A stretch of 62,412 nt of DNA, counting the filler, from an uncultured bacterium (GTDB lineage Bacteria > Auribacterota > CAZIXI01): the NCBI GenBank assembly GCA_964543115.1. It is 7 parts of 7 records of this genome, joined end to end, with 100 filler letters (N's around TTAATTAATTAA, not from the genome) between each part and the next. Parts side by side here need not be neighbours in the genome. Positions count along the whole stretch, not along the records: positions 17,914 to 26,757 come from CAZIXI010000140.1; positions 26,858 to 35,690 come from CAZIXI010000141.1; 5 more parts are not named here. One strand, written 5' to 3'. Under the pieces are notes generated by a model. It made no database searches and was not told the DNA's origin. It worked only from the letters and a program-made list of their open reading frames with translations. The position numbers and the translations under genes were made by a program. Below are positions 19,668 to 30,912 of this stretch, in pieces; position 1 is the stretch's first letter, and each line of letters opens with the position of its first letter.

Positions 19668-20397
19668 GATTTATCTCCTCGAAAAAATCTAAAGATTTTA
19701 ACCTTTTACCTATACTATAGTCAATCATTAATCTTAATATATTATTAAGCTCCTTTTGCTGACCGGGAAACATCTTCCAGGATTTCAACCGGGATGACCT
19801 GGCTATATCTGCTAACAAGGCAAACACCCCCTTAGAACTAAGTTTCTTCCCGCGTGCGCAGCGTGGACAAAACCAGCCGGCACCAGGCTGCAGAAAACCG
19901 GTCTCTTTCAGAGCAGCGCGGCAAGTAACACAAAGCTTCATCTGTGGCAACAGGCCCAATAGCTTAAACAACCTAATTTCAAAAATAAGCTTACACCAAA
20001 TGTAATCAACCCCTTGATCGATCATTCTAAGTATTTCAATCATATGGTTATACAAAGATCGATGACTATCATCAAAACCCACGGTTGCCGCTAATAATTC
20101 CGTAAGATAAGTAACCGCAGCCATCTTATTAAGATCGCCCCGAATGACGGTAAACGATTCCAAGACAGTATATTCTGTGAGAAGATGCAATTCCCCGCGG
20201 GCACTGCGATAAAAAACCAGTTCATAGCGATTAAGCAAATCCAGCTTACCCTTGAATTTACCCGTTCGGCCCCGGCTTCCTTTGGCAATCATACTCAATT
20301 TACCAAAATGTTTGGTAAAAAAAGAAACCAGTTGGCTGCTTTCCGTATAGTCCCGGCACTTAATTATTATTGCTTCAGTTTTCTGGATTGTTGGCAT
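19660..20397 (-). CDS. recO: DNA repair protein RecO
   Basis: N-terminal OB fold (TEAIIIKCRDYTESSQLVSFFT...GKLSMIAKG) and CxxC...CxxC zinc motif. Confidence 0.9.
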   Translation of the reverse strand: MPTIQKTEAIIIKCRDYTESSQLVSFFTKHFGKLSMIAKGSRGRTGKFKGKLDLLNRYELVFYRSARGELHLLTEYTVLESFTVIRGDLNKMAAVTYLTELLAATVGFDDSHRSLYNHMIEILRMIDQGVDYIWCKLIFEIRLFKLLGLLPQMKLCVTCRAALKETGFLQPGAGWFCPRCARGKKLSSKGVFALLADIARSSRLKSWKMFPGQQKELNNILRLMIDYSIGKRLKSLDFFEEINHG

Positions 20398-21157
20398 GCG
20401 CTATTTCCTCTGCCAGACGGCAGAATTCCGCTAAAGACAAGGTTTCCGGCCGGCGGGATAAATCAATACTAACCCGGGAGAGGTCCCCAAAACCCGCCAA
20501 GGTATTCTTGAGCATCTTTCGTCTGTTACCAAAACTCCGGCGCACCACCTGAAACAAAAATGCCTCGGGTACTGTTAGGGGCGGCGGCGGCCGTCTGCTG
20601 AATTTGACGATACAGGAATCAACGTTTGGCTGCGGCGAAAAAGAGCGGGGATAAACAACACTGACTATCTCCACATCACAATAAAATTGAACAAATACCG
20701 TAATCGAGCCGTAAATCTTGTTGCCGGGCACTGCGGCAATCCGCTGGGCCACCTCCTGCTGCATCGTCAGCACCATCTGGGTAAAATTTATTTGAGCTTC
20801 GATAATTTTCGTAATAATCGGTGTAGTTATGTAGTAAGGCAGATTCGATACTATTTTAAGCTGGTGGGGCAGCTCGGATAAATCCTGGCGCAAAAAATCC
20901 TGCTGAATTATTTCCACATTAGCCAATTCCGCCATCCGCAGTTCCTGCCGGAGAACTTCGCATAAGCGCTTGTCTAGTTCTACCGCTATAACCTTGCCCG
21001 CGAGACGGGCAATGGGCACAGTTAACACACCTGTACCCGGACCGATCTCCAGAACGGAATCCTGAGAAGTTAACTCTAGGGCGGAAACAATCTTATTAAG
21101 GACAGCTCTATCTCTTAAGAAATACTGGCCGAGACGTTGCTTAGGATTTTTTTTCAT
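20375..21157 (-). CDS. rsmA: 16S rRNA dimethyladenosine transferase KsgA
   Basis: LGQYFL, VLEIGPGTGVLT, IVSNLPYYITTPI and RRPETLSLAEF motifs. Confidence 0.96.
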   Translation of the reverse strand: MKKNPKQRLGQYFLRDRAVLNKIVSALELTSQDSVLEIGPGTGVLTVPIARLAGKVIAVELDKRLCEVLRQELRMAELANVEIIQQDFLRQDLSELPHQLKIVSNLPYYITTPIITKIIEAQINFTQMVLTMQQEVAQRIAAVPGNKIYGSITVFVQFYCDVEIVSVVYPRSFSPQPNVDSCIVKFSRRPPPPLTVPEAFLFQVVRRSFGNRRKMLKNTLAGFGDLSRVSIDLSRRPETLSLAEFCRLAEEIAHANNPEN

Positions 21158-22001
21158 GCGCCATCTGCACGGCCAATTCTATTGCCCGGATCATACTGGC
21201 AGGATTGGCTATTCCTTTACCAACAAGATCATAGGCCGTCCCATGATCAGGCGAGGTCCTGATAATCGGCAGCCCGACGGTAATATTCACTCCCTCTTCA
21301 AATCCCAGCATCTTTAACGGGATCAGGCCCTGATCGTGATACATGGCGACAACCACATCGAACTGCTTATGCAATACTTTGTAAAACAGGGTATCTGCCG
21401 GGAAGGGTCCCTGAACATTTATTTTTCTGCGCCGGGCCTGTTTGAGGGCCGGCTCGATAAATTTCTTTTCTTCATCACCGATTTCCGCCCCATGCGGATT
21501 AAGCGCGCTCACTGCCACCCGCGGCCGTTTTACCCCCAGCAACCGGCAACCTAAATCGGCGTGTTCTATCGCCCGCAGAACCCCCGCTTTACTGATTTTT
21601 CTGGCTACATCACGCAACCTTGTATGAATCGTAACCAGCACTACCCGGATCTGCGAACTGACCAGCATCATCGAGTAGGCCCTTGTTTTGGTAAGATAGG
21701 CAAGATAATCTGTATGTCCTTCAAATTTATATCCTGCCCGGTGAATACCTTCCTTAGATATTGGCGCGGTAACCACTGCCTGGACTTCCCCCTGCTCAGC
21801 CAGTGTGACTGCTGCCCGCACACAACACAGCGCATACTCCCCAGCCGCCTTACTGACCCGGCCCGGCTTCACCCTTAGCGCCCGGGGATCACCAATCACC
21901 ACCGGCTGACAGATTCTCCTCACCTGGCGACTGGCCAAGGCCTTGCGTACCACCTCCGGCCCCACCCCCGCCACATCCCCAATCGTCACCCCAATCTTCA
22001 T
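21141..22001 (-). CDS. pdxA: 4-hydroxythreonine-4-phosphate dehydrogenase
   Basis: MKIGVTIGDVAGVGPEV, GHTDYLA, LNPHG, MYHDQGLIPLK and RTSPDHGTAYD. The real start is 22001; the longer ORF-track start reads through REP DNA. Confidence 0.95.
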   Translation of the reverse strand: MKIGVTIGDVAGVGPEVVRKALASRQVRRICQPVVIGDPRALRVKPGRVSKAAGEYALCCVRAAVTLAEQGEVQAVVTAPISKEGIHRAGYKFEGHTDYLAYLTKTRAYSMMLVSSQIRVVLVTIHTRLRDVARKISKAGVLRAIEHADLGCRLLGVKRPRVAVSALNPHGAEIGDEEKKFIEPALKQARRRKINVQGPFPADTLFYKVLHKQFDVVVAMYHDQGLIPLKMLGFEEGVNITVGLPIIRTSPDHGTAYDLVGKGIANPASMIRAIELAVQMAHEKKS

Positions 22002-22122
22002 GCAGGAGGTCTGACCTCCTACATAGCGATTATGTCTATTTATCTTACGTTTTTTCACAATTTTGAAGCTCCAGAAGCTTAACGTAGAATCTTCATGTAG
22101 GAGGTCAGACCTCCTACATGAA
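22000..22122. repeat. Pair of GTAG-type REP palindromes downstream of the RAYT
   Basis: ATGCAGGAGGTC-T-GACCTCCTACAT (22000-22024) and TTCATGTAGGAGGTC-A-GACCTCCTACATGAA (22092-22122). They are inverted relative to each other, judged by the central base. Confidence 0.85.
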
Positions 22123-22130
22123 TAATATGT

Positions 22131-22862
22131 CTATTTTGGCTGCTTTTTTTGTCCAAATAATACTTCTTTATCCCTAAGTACCTCAAAATCATCACTTATC
22201 CAGCTCTGTATATATTCTTTATAATCCCCGGACGTCTTGAAGTAGCAGGATAATTGATCTTTATTAATCACGGAAGGAAAATTATGTATTTCAATGTAAT
22301 CCAAATAACTTGACCATTTGTAAAATTCTAAAAAGTTGTTCACTCTATCCTTATCTCTTATCCCCCTTTCCCGCCAACCTGAATCTATTAAATCAACGGG
22401 ATTAAGATGAATATATCTTGAAAGATACTTCAAATATTCATCACTATCTATGTGCTTACATTTATATTTGCTGGCAAAAAGTCTCCCTGTCCTCTCGTTT
22501 TTCACATTAAAATACATCGTATAGCCGGTACCTAATTTTTGCATGAATTTTGATATGCCATTATCGTTTGTTTGTTTTAAAATTAAATGAAAATGGTTCG
22601 GCATCAAACTAAAAGAAATAATTTCAACGAGAATTTTTCGAGGACGAATAACAATAGAAGTTAAGTTTTTATCTATTTCACCGTTTCTAATCCGATATTT
22701 AAGATCACGCCCAAAACTTGTAATAGCATTTTTGTCGTTACATTCATATAAGTATTGAATAAACCGGCAATAATCCTGTTTATCCATAAAAATATCTCTT
22801 TTGTCAACACCCCTATTATAAATGTGGTAGTAATAACCATTAACTAATTTCACTTTTTCCAT
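22131..22862 (-). mobile_element. REP-associated tyrosine transposase (RAYT, IS200/Y1 HUH superfamily)
   Basis: YYHIYNRGVDKRDIF, SLMPNHFHLI (HUH) and YIHLNPV motifs. Low GC, flanked by REPs. Start at 22862 (after GAGGAGG) or 22880. Confidence 0.9.
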
Positions 22863-22878
22863 AGACAAAACCTCCTCC

Positions 22879-22903
22879 ATGTAGGAGGTCAGACCTCCGA
22901 CAT
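22879..22903. repeat. REP palindrome upstream of the RAYT
   Basis: ATGTAGGAGGTC-A-GACCTCCGACAT. Confidence 0.85.
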
Positions 22904-22904
22904 A

Positions 22905-23864
22905 TTATTGTGATTCAACAATCTGGATGTGGGCTTTAGCCTTGAGGGAGGCGGTCCAGGCATCATGTTCTTTCTCCAGGCGTTCGCGAAACAGTTTATC
23001 TTCCAGGCTATCCCATATTTCAGAGAGTTTCTGCTGCTGGGATTCCTTGCGCTGTTTAAGCATAATGATATGATAACCATTTTTTGTTTCTATAATCTTA
23101 CTATATTCACCATCCTTAAGTGATTCAATCACCTCGACCAGCTCCGGTTTAAGTTGACCGATAGGGATGAATCCCAGATCACCGCCTTCTTCCGCTCGGG
23201 GACCGTCAGAATATTTTTTTGTTATCTCTGTAAAATCACTGCCCGCCTGCAATTGGCTGTAGGCCGCCTCAGCCTTCTTCCGGGCCTCTTGGGGATTTTC
23301 TTTGGCCTTAATCAACAAATGGGCAATTCGTACTTCTTCCGGCTGAAGAAATTCATCCGGCTGATTATTGAAATAGGTAACTACTTCCTGCGGCCTCACC
23401 TTGACCTTGGAAACAACCTCCCGTTCAATCATCGCCCGAATAGTCAGCTGTTTATTAAATTCCTCTTTATACTGCTCTAAATCAATACCTTCACTCTTCA
23501 GCGCTTCTTCGAACTCTTCAATAGAACCAAATTTCTCTTTTACTTCTGCTAATTGTTCTTCTAAAAGCGCTTCTTTGATTTCTATTCCAATTTCCTTTGC
23601 CCGTTGAAGTATCAATTTATTTTGGATTAATTGTTCCAGAAGCTGTTTGCGGGCAAAGCGTTTTCTCCTTTCCAACTCCTCTCCTTTATATACCTGCTCA
23701 TATTGCCTGTAAACAGGCTGCAACAGCTGTTCAAGTTCAGAAAACATAATCGGCTCACCATTAACAGTCGCCACTAATCTATTAATCATCTCAGCAAACA
23801 GGGGTACTGTTAATACTATTAATAAAGTGATTGCTAATATAGTAATAATCTTATTTTTGCTCAT
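22905..23864 (-). CDS. surA: SurA-like periplasmic chaperone/parvulin PPIase
   Basis: Signal peptide, NRLVATVNGEPI (SurA_N) and rotamase motifs KYSDGPRAEEGGDLGFI...GYHII. Translationally coupled to mfd (ATGA overlap). Confidence 0.85.
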   Translation of the reverse strand: MSKNKIITILAITLLIVLTVPLFAEMINRLVATVNGEPIMFSELEQLLQPVYRQYEQVYKGEELERRKRFARKQLLEQLIQNKLILQRAKEIGIEIKEALLEEQLAEVKEKFGSIEEFEEALKSEGIDLEQYKEEFNKQLTIRAMIEREVVSKVKVRPQEVVTYFNNQPDEFLQPEEVRIAHLLIKAKENPQEARKKAEAAYSQLQAGSDFTEITKKYSDGPRAEEGGDLGFIPIGQLKPELVEVIESLKDGEYSKIIETKNGYHIIMLKQRKESQQQKLSEIWDSLEDKLFRERLEKEHDAWTASLKAKAHIQIVESQ

Positions 23865-26757
23865 TTTAACGACCCTCCTTTTTCTTTGGCAGTGAGTATA
23901 GCATAAACTTTGTCCCTTAACCACTTTAGTTTGTCTTTTTTCCCCGTATACTCCAACACTTCTCTTTTTCCATCCAAACCGGTAAGATAAAATTTGCCTT
24001 TAAATCCCTTGATCTCTTTTAGCCGGGCCTGGGACGCTAACAGCTTCAAGTCAACCATGGCCAATAATGTTTTACTCTCTTCCGGTAGAGGACCAAAACG
24101 ATCAATCAGTTCCAGGCGGATATCAGTTAACTCCTGCTGATTAAGAAGACCCGCTATTCTTTTATAGAAATCAATGCGAATCCGATCACTGGGGATATAC
24201 TCCAGCGGCAGGTGACCGTAAATACCCAGATCTAACCGCACATCATATACCTCTTCTACAGATTCCCCCTGTAATTTCGCTACATTCTTGCGCAGCAATT
24301 TACAATACATGTCAAAACCAACGGCTTGGATATATCCATGCTGCTGGGACCCCAGAATATTACCCGCACCCCTGATTTCTAGATCCTGCATGGCAATCTT
24401 AAAACCAGCGCCCAAATGACTGAAATCCTGAATTGCCTTTAGGCGTTTCTTAGCTGTCCCGACCAAAACCGTATGTTGAGGTAATAATAAATAAGCATAG
24501 GCCTGATGTTTGAACCGGCCGACCCGCCCCCGCAATTGATAGAGATCAGCCAAACCAAATCGATGGGCATCATCAATAATAATTGTATTAACGTTAGGAA
24601 TATCCAAACCGGACTGAATGATAGTTGTACAAACCAACACGTCAACCTTTCCCCTGACAAATTCATCCATTACCAGGGCGAGAAGATCTTCATCCATCTG
24701 TCCATGACCGGTTATAAATCTGGCTTCGGGAACCAACTGCTGTAATTTTCTGGCCACCTTATCTATTGTCTCTACGCGATTATGCAAAAAATAAACCTGC
24801 CCTTCGCGGTTTATCTCACGTAAAATTGCTTTTCTGATTAACCCTTCATTATATTCGGCAACAATCGTCTTCACCGCCAACCTGTCCTGGGGCGGAGTGT
24901 TGATGACACTCATATCCCGCACTCCCACCAGCGACATGTATAAGGTACGCGGGATTGGCGTTGCCGTTAAGGTAAGCACATCAACAACGGCGCGCAGCCT
25001 CTTCAACCGTTCTTTATGGCGTACACCGAATCTCTGCTCTTCATCAACTACTACTAATCCCAAATCCTTAAATTTTACATCAGTCTGGACAAGACGATGA
25101 GTACCAATCACTATATCAATTTTACCTACAGCTAAATCAGTAATTATCTCCCGTTGTTCCCTGTCCGTACGAAAGCGGCTGAGCATTTCCACTCTAACCG
25201 GATAATCAGCCAAACGATCTTGGAAGGTACGATAATGCTGTTGCGCCAGGATGGTTGTGGGTACTAATACCGCTACTTGTTTCTCCGCCATGACAGCCTT
25301 AAAAGCAGCGCGCACCGCAACCTCTGTTTTACCGTAACCAACATCACCGCACAAGAGGCGGTCCATCGGCCGTGACAATTCCATATCATTCTTAACCTCG
25401 CCTACTGCCTGCAGCTGATCCGGTGTCTCTTCATAAATAAAGGCCTCTTCCATCTCCCGCTGCCAAAGGGTATCCCGGCCATAATCAATTCCCGCCTGGG
25501 CCTGGCGGCGGGCCTGCAAATCTAACAATTCCGCCGCCATATCTTTCAGGGCTTTTTCCACTTTCAGTTTGGTTGACAACCAGCGCCGGCCGCCTAACTG
25601 ACTCAGCCGCGGTGGTCGCGCACTCAACCCCAGGTAACGCTCTACCAGACAGGATTGATCAATCGGAACATAAAGTTTTGCCTTATCGGCGTATTGAATA
25701 ACTAATGACTCACCATCTTTTTCTTTTTTAATTCCTAAATATTTACCAATCCCTTGGTCTAAGTGAACAACATAATCTCCCGGCTGCAATTCCGTAAATT
25801 CTTTCAGCGGCACACCATAACCCCGGAACTTCCGCCGTGGTAGACGCACCTTATAGCGGCCAAATATCTCCTCATCACTAATAACAACTAATTTTTCTTC
25901 CTGATATATAAATCCACTGCTAATCCGGCCGATTTCGATCTGCAGTTCATTCTTAATCTTCTTTTCCCGCAACAATTCCCGCAATCGGTCTTTTTCCCCG
26001 GCATTATTACACCAGATACATACCTCGTATTTATCCTCTAACCATCTGGACAACTGCCGGAATACTCCCTCCCGGGCAACTGCCGCCATGTCCGGAGTTT
26101 TCTTCTCTGCCGTCAGATAATCGAGTGACTTGAAGGACACGGTAATTGCGTCTTCTTCCTGGGTAAACAAGGAAAAAACCATCTTCTGCTGCTTCGCTAA
26201 TCCCGTCCACCAATTCTGCCAATTGATAAACAACGGCATAAACTGTTCCACTTCCGTTGCCCGCTGCTGCAATTCTAATGGCTCATCTAGAACCACCAGA
26301 GCATTATTAAAAAATTCTGCAACATTCATTAACGCACTGGTCTTCCCTTGGTATATTGCCGGTTCATCTACTGGGTAAAGATAGGGAGGAACTTCAGCCT
26401 CAGCGAGACTGCGCTGTGTCTGGGGATGAAATAACCTTAGCGATTCAATTTTATCACCGAGCAATTCGATTCTCACGGGCCCCTCGGCTTGCGGAGGAAA
26501 AATATCAATTATCCCACCCCGATGGGCAAATTCACCCTTTAGCTCTACACAATCGACCCGGTCATAACCATTAGCTAAGAGCCACTTGAATAATAATTCC
26601 CGTGAAATAGATTTTCCCGCGCTTATTTCCCATCTGATTCTAGGAAGTTCATCCACGGCTAACAATCCATGCAAAACAGCACCAATTGTGGTTACTAAAA
26701 CAAAAGGCTGTGTAAGCTTGTTCAATTGCTCCAGCACCTGCCAGCGTTCCCCGATTA
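23861..26757 (-). CDS. mfd: Transcription-repair coupling factor Mfd, 5'-truncated
   Basis: CarD-like domain, DRLLCGDVGYGKTEVA, DEEQRFGV, LYQLRGRVGR and DLEIRGAGNILG motifs. Confidence 0.97.
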
Positions 26758-26857
26758 NNNNNNNNNNNNNNNNNNNNNNNNNNNNNNNNNNNNNNNNNNN
26801 NTTAATTAATTAANNNNNNNNNNNNNNNNNNNNNNNNNNNNNNNNNNNNNNNNNNNN
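26758..26857. other. Artificial contig spacer
   Basis: N44-TTAATTAATTAA-N44. Confidence 0.99.
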
Positions 26858-27052
26858 AGCAGCGGCGCCAATCATTCCCTGCATAAACGGGACGGGCAAA
26901 AAGGCGTCATTAATAAGCGGCAGGGCAACGGCAATAATAAACAGGTCAAAGCCATCGAGAAAAACCCCCATTGCCGATAAGGACCAGACCCGCCAGTGAA
27001 CGCCTCGCAGCTTCATCTCCGCTAAGGCCTGATTCATTGATGATTGCTTCAT
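26858..27052 (-). CDS. MFS transporter, N-terminal part
   Basis: SAMGVFLDGFDLFIIAVALPLI is typical of MFS TM1. Confidence 0.82.
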
Positions 27053-27081
27053 TTTGCCTTTTTCCTTTTCTTACACAAACA

Positions 27082-28362
27082 TTATTTCTTCTCTAAAACA
27101 GTAAGCGTTTCCACATGCGGGGTATGGGAAAAAAAATCATAAGCAACAACGGACCGCAGGCGGTAAACAGATAATAACATTTTCAGGTCCCTGATCAAAG
27201 TTGACGGTTTACAGGAAACGTAAAGTAAGAGCGTCGGCAACCGGCTGATTATTTTTTCACACAACCGTTTCTCAAGCCCCTTTCTCGGCGGATCAAGGAT
27301 AAGAACATCGATCTCTTTCTTAAGCACGGCATCTATCCATTTTTCACACTGCCCCTGAAAAATGGTAACATTTTCAATGCTGTTATCGTAAATATTTTTC
27401 TTCAAATAACGGATATTTTCCGGCAGTGATTCCACGGCGTAAACATGCCGCGCGGAAGCAGCCAGGGCAAGCCCAAAAGTGCCTACTCCACAATAGAGGT
27501 CGGCGATTGTTTCTTTACCGGTTAACCGCAGCTGCCGCCTGATATCCTCTAACAGCAGTTCCAGCATAGGAGTATTTACCTGAAAAAAACACCGGGCACC
27601 GTGAGAACAACCTATTTCACCTATCTTCTGCCGGATATTATCCTTGCCCCAGATAATGGTTTCTTCCGCTTTATATCTACCTTTGAGCACAGCGGTAATC
27701 CCTGCTAAGGGGCTAAGGTCAGTTAACGGTAATAGTTTTTTCGTTAATCCGGAAACTGCGCCTTTCCCCTCGATATACACTACAAGCAATAATTCCCCGT
27801 TTGCCGTATTACTCTGCCGAATCACAAACTCCCGCAGACAGCGCAAATTCTCCCGGGCAACTATCTTCAGCAATTCTCCAATCAGAGAGTTCATCTGCGG
27901 GGAAATGAGCCGGCATTCTTTTACTTTCGCGTATTGATTGTGCGTTTCAGGCAGGTGATAAGCGGGATACGGCACATCGTTTTCCCAGATTATATGCAGC
28001 TGCACCTTGTTGCGGTAGGCCCATTGACACGAAGAAGGAACTATCCGGCAATCTTCCAGCTCCAGCTTCAGATCATGGGCAAACATTTCCCTGATCTGGG
28101 TGCTTTTTATTTCCAGCTGGGCGGGATAATCTATATACTGATAAGGAGAACAAATCCGATAATGATCGCAACTCGGTGTTACCCGGCTGACTGAAGGTTC
28201 GAGCACCGCGGTGGCTTCTGCCTGCAGATAACTCTTTTTATCTTTCCTGACCCTTACTTCCAGCAGTTCCCCTGGCAGGCCTTGATCGGCAAAAACAACC
28301 TTCCCCTCAGCTCGGGCAAGGCTTTTTCCCGGATAAACGATTTTTTCTATTCTAATTTGCAT
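27082..28362 (-). CDS. rlmD: TRAM-domain 23S rRNA (uracil-5)-methyltransferase, RlmD family
   Basis: N-terminal TRAM domain, FFQVN, DLYCGVGTF, LDPPRKG, LYVSC and PHVET motifs. Confidence 0.88.
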   Translation of the reverse strand: MQIRIEKIVYPGKSLARAEGKVVFADQGLPGELLEVRVRKDKKSYLQAEATAVLEPSVSRVTPSCDHYRICSPYQYIDYPAQLEIKSTQIREMFAHDLKLELEDCRIVPSSCQWAYRNKVQLHIIWENDVPYPAYHLPETHNQYAKVKECRLISPQMNSLIGELLKIVARENLRCLREFVIRQSNTANGELLLVVYIEGKGAVSGLTKKLLPLTDLSPLAGITAVLKGRYKAEETIIWGKDNIRQKIGEIGCSHGARCFFQVNTPMLELLLEDIRRQLRLTGKETIADLYCGVGTFGLALAASARHVYAVESLPENIRYLKKNIYDNSIENVTIFQGQCEKWIDAVLKKEIDVLILDPPRKGLEKRLCEKIISRLPTLLLYVSCKPSTLIRDLKMLLSVYRLRSVVAYDFFSHTPHVETLTVLEKK

Positions 28363-28393
28363 ATAAGAGAATAAAGGGGACAATACCCTTCAT

Positions 28394-30882
28394 TTAAAGA
28401 CCGGAAACGTTGTTAACGTTAATTGTATACCTGCTGGCGGCATTAACGGTAACATTTTCGCTTACCGTTGTGCCGTCTGTTTTCATAAAGGTTACCGTAC
28501 AAACTGCCGCTGTATTATTAGGGTTTTGGATCAAAACCCATTCGTCAAAACCATTTGTACACCCTTCCGCCAGATACCAGGTAGCTGCCGGCGCTGTTAC
28601 TCCCCGACTGCAGTGCCCGCCGGCCCAGGCAATACCGCCAGCATCCCAATACATTGCCCGCTCAGCAATCACTCCGGTATCTGAAACTACTTTTGTGGAC
28701 ACATTGTTGTCTGCCAGATAGTCGACAACATTGTACGTACTCCGGCTGGTAGCGGCAATCACATCGTTCACTATTTCCGTATTGCCGTTTTCATCCATAA
28801 ACGTTATCTCCACCGCGGCCGCGGTGGTATTGGGATTCTGCACCAACACCCAGGTGGCAAAACTTCCATTTGTACTCCCTTCGGCCAGATACCAGGTCGT
28901 ATTGGTACTGGTTACCCCAACCGAAGCATGGCCGCCGGCCCAATTGCTGCCGCCGGCGTCCCAGTATATTGCCCGTTCAGCAATCACTCCGATACCTGAG
29001 GTAACCTTTGTCGATACATCTCTATCTGTAAAATAACTGCCAACATTATACGAACTGCGGCTGGTTGCATTAATTGTATCATTAACCACCACTGTATTGC
29101 CATCTTCATCCATAAAGGTTATCTCCACCGCAGCCGCGGTGGTATTGGGATTCTGAACCAGCACCCAGGTGGCAAAACTTCCCTTTGTACACCCTTCGGC
29201 TAAATACCAGGTCGTAGCCGTACCGGTCACCCCGACAGAATCATGGCCACCGGCCCATTCGACGCCGCCGGCATCCCAGTACATTGCCCGTTCAACAATA
29301 ACTCCGATATCTGAGGTAACCTTTGTGGATACATCTTTATCTTCCAGGTAACTACCGACATTATACGAACTGCGGCTGGTAGCGGCAATAGTATCATTGA
29401 CTACTTCCGTATTACCTTCTTCATCCATAAAGGTTATTTCTACTGTTGCCGCGGCCGCATTGGGATTCTGTACCAGCACCCAGGTAGAGAAACTCCCTTT
29501 TGTACACCCTTCGGCTAAATACCAGGTAGCGGCTGTACCGGTCACCCCCGTAGAATCATGCCCATCTACCCAAGTAGCACTGCCCCGGCTCCAATACATG
29601 GCTCGTTCCACGATTACCGGCACATCGTTGGTCACCATAACAGTTGTTGAATGTGAGAAACCCGGATCATAATTACGCACACAGCGGGCATAGTTATAAA
29701 TCCGTACCACATCTCCCTGCGGACCGTGGCCATAAGGATAATCAGCAGGATCCCCGCTCTTGGGATCGCTGCGCTGCGCGCCTGCTCCATGCACATCCTG
29801 AAACTGATAGTTTCCGGCGGGATCCTGCATCCAGCCGGAGGCCCGGCCAAAGGCAATATAAACGGCAAAATTCGCCATACCCTGTTCATTCACATGACTG
29901 CTTCCCGTCCAGTAAAATGGATAATCTGTTATACCCGCTTCATTAGTAATGGTTGTCGTAGTAAAAAGCGGATCAATAGCAGCGGAACTGGTTGTGTCAG
30001 GCGACCGGGTATAATCAACTAGAGTTTGCAGTTCCTTGGCATCAGGCAGGCGCCAATCAGTTTGACCGGCATATTCCAGTCCTTCCGCCCAGGCCAGCGC
30101 CTGCTCCCAGGTCAGCGCGCCATCACTATTATCACCCACGCTAAAACTACCACTATCGGTCGTTAACCACATCAGGCCGGTGCCTAAATCAGTAACCGTC
30201 CCATCACCATTATCCACTAAATCATTATTGCCATAACTTGCAGCGCCGCGCACATAGAGCACAAACTGCGATCCGCTCTGGGGATAGCCCTTAATCCGGC
30301 CGTCGGCAAAATTAACCCCAAAGGTTGTGGGTGTACCGTCCATTGTTGTGCTGACATACTCGGTGCTTGACCAATACTGAGCATCAATTATCCGTTCGCC
30401 GGCACTGGTATCACCATATTCAAAATAAAAATTGTCCGTATCAATAAACGGCACCAAATTAGAAGTATCGTCACCCTGATAACCACTGGGATCCATACCA
30501 CTGAAAAGAATGAGTGAATATAATTCCTTAATTGTGGGCAGGCGCCAATCAGTGTAGCCGGCAAGATTGCCGCCCCAGAAACCGCGTTCGCGTAACTCAT
30601 TTTGCTGCCGGGATCCTGCTGCCACATAAGCCCGGTCACCAAATCAGTAACCGTACCATCACCATTATCCTGATAGGAGGGCTGATTACCGGAGTATTGG
30701 GCATCCTGGCCGTAAAATGATTCTCCGGAGCCGGGCGCGGATATTGAACCGGAGGTGTTATAACAGGTAACCTGATTGGTATCAACTACAGTATAGTCAC
30801 CGGCCCTGGCCGCGGGCGGGCTTACAACCAGTAAAACCGTCAACCTGCCTAAAACACAAAACAGCTTAAATACTTTTTTCAT
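28394..30882 (-). pseudogene. Secreted protein with two Lcl-type (DUF1566) domains and about 4 WYLAEG/ERAMYW repeats, split by one frameshift
   Basis: ORF 30388-30882 (signal peptide, DNGDGTVTDLVTGLMWQQD) continues in another frame as NLAGYTDWRLPTIKELYSL. The shift falls at about 30569-30570. The last repeat is incomplete. Confidence 0.78.
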
Positions 30883-30912
30883 ACTCCACCCTCTTTCGAA
30901 TATTTATTTTTT

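Noticed and set aside
22002..22058. N-terminal extension of pdxA in the ORF track (MKKRKINRHNRYVGGQTSC)
   Set aside because: It is translated REP and intergenic DNA. PdxA homology starts at MKIGVTIGD (22001).
28394..29640. Regularly spaced ~300-bp DNA repeats as a possible CRISPR array or DGR template
   Set aside because: They are in-frame protein domain repeats with synonymous divergence. There are no short repeat-spacer units, no cas or reverse transcriptase genes, and no adenine-specific variation pattern was evident.
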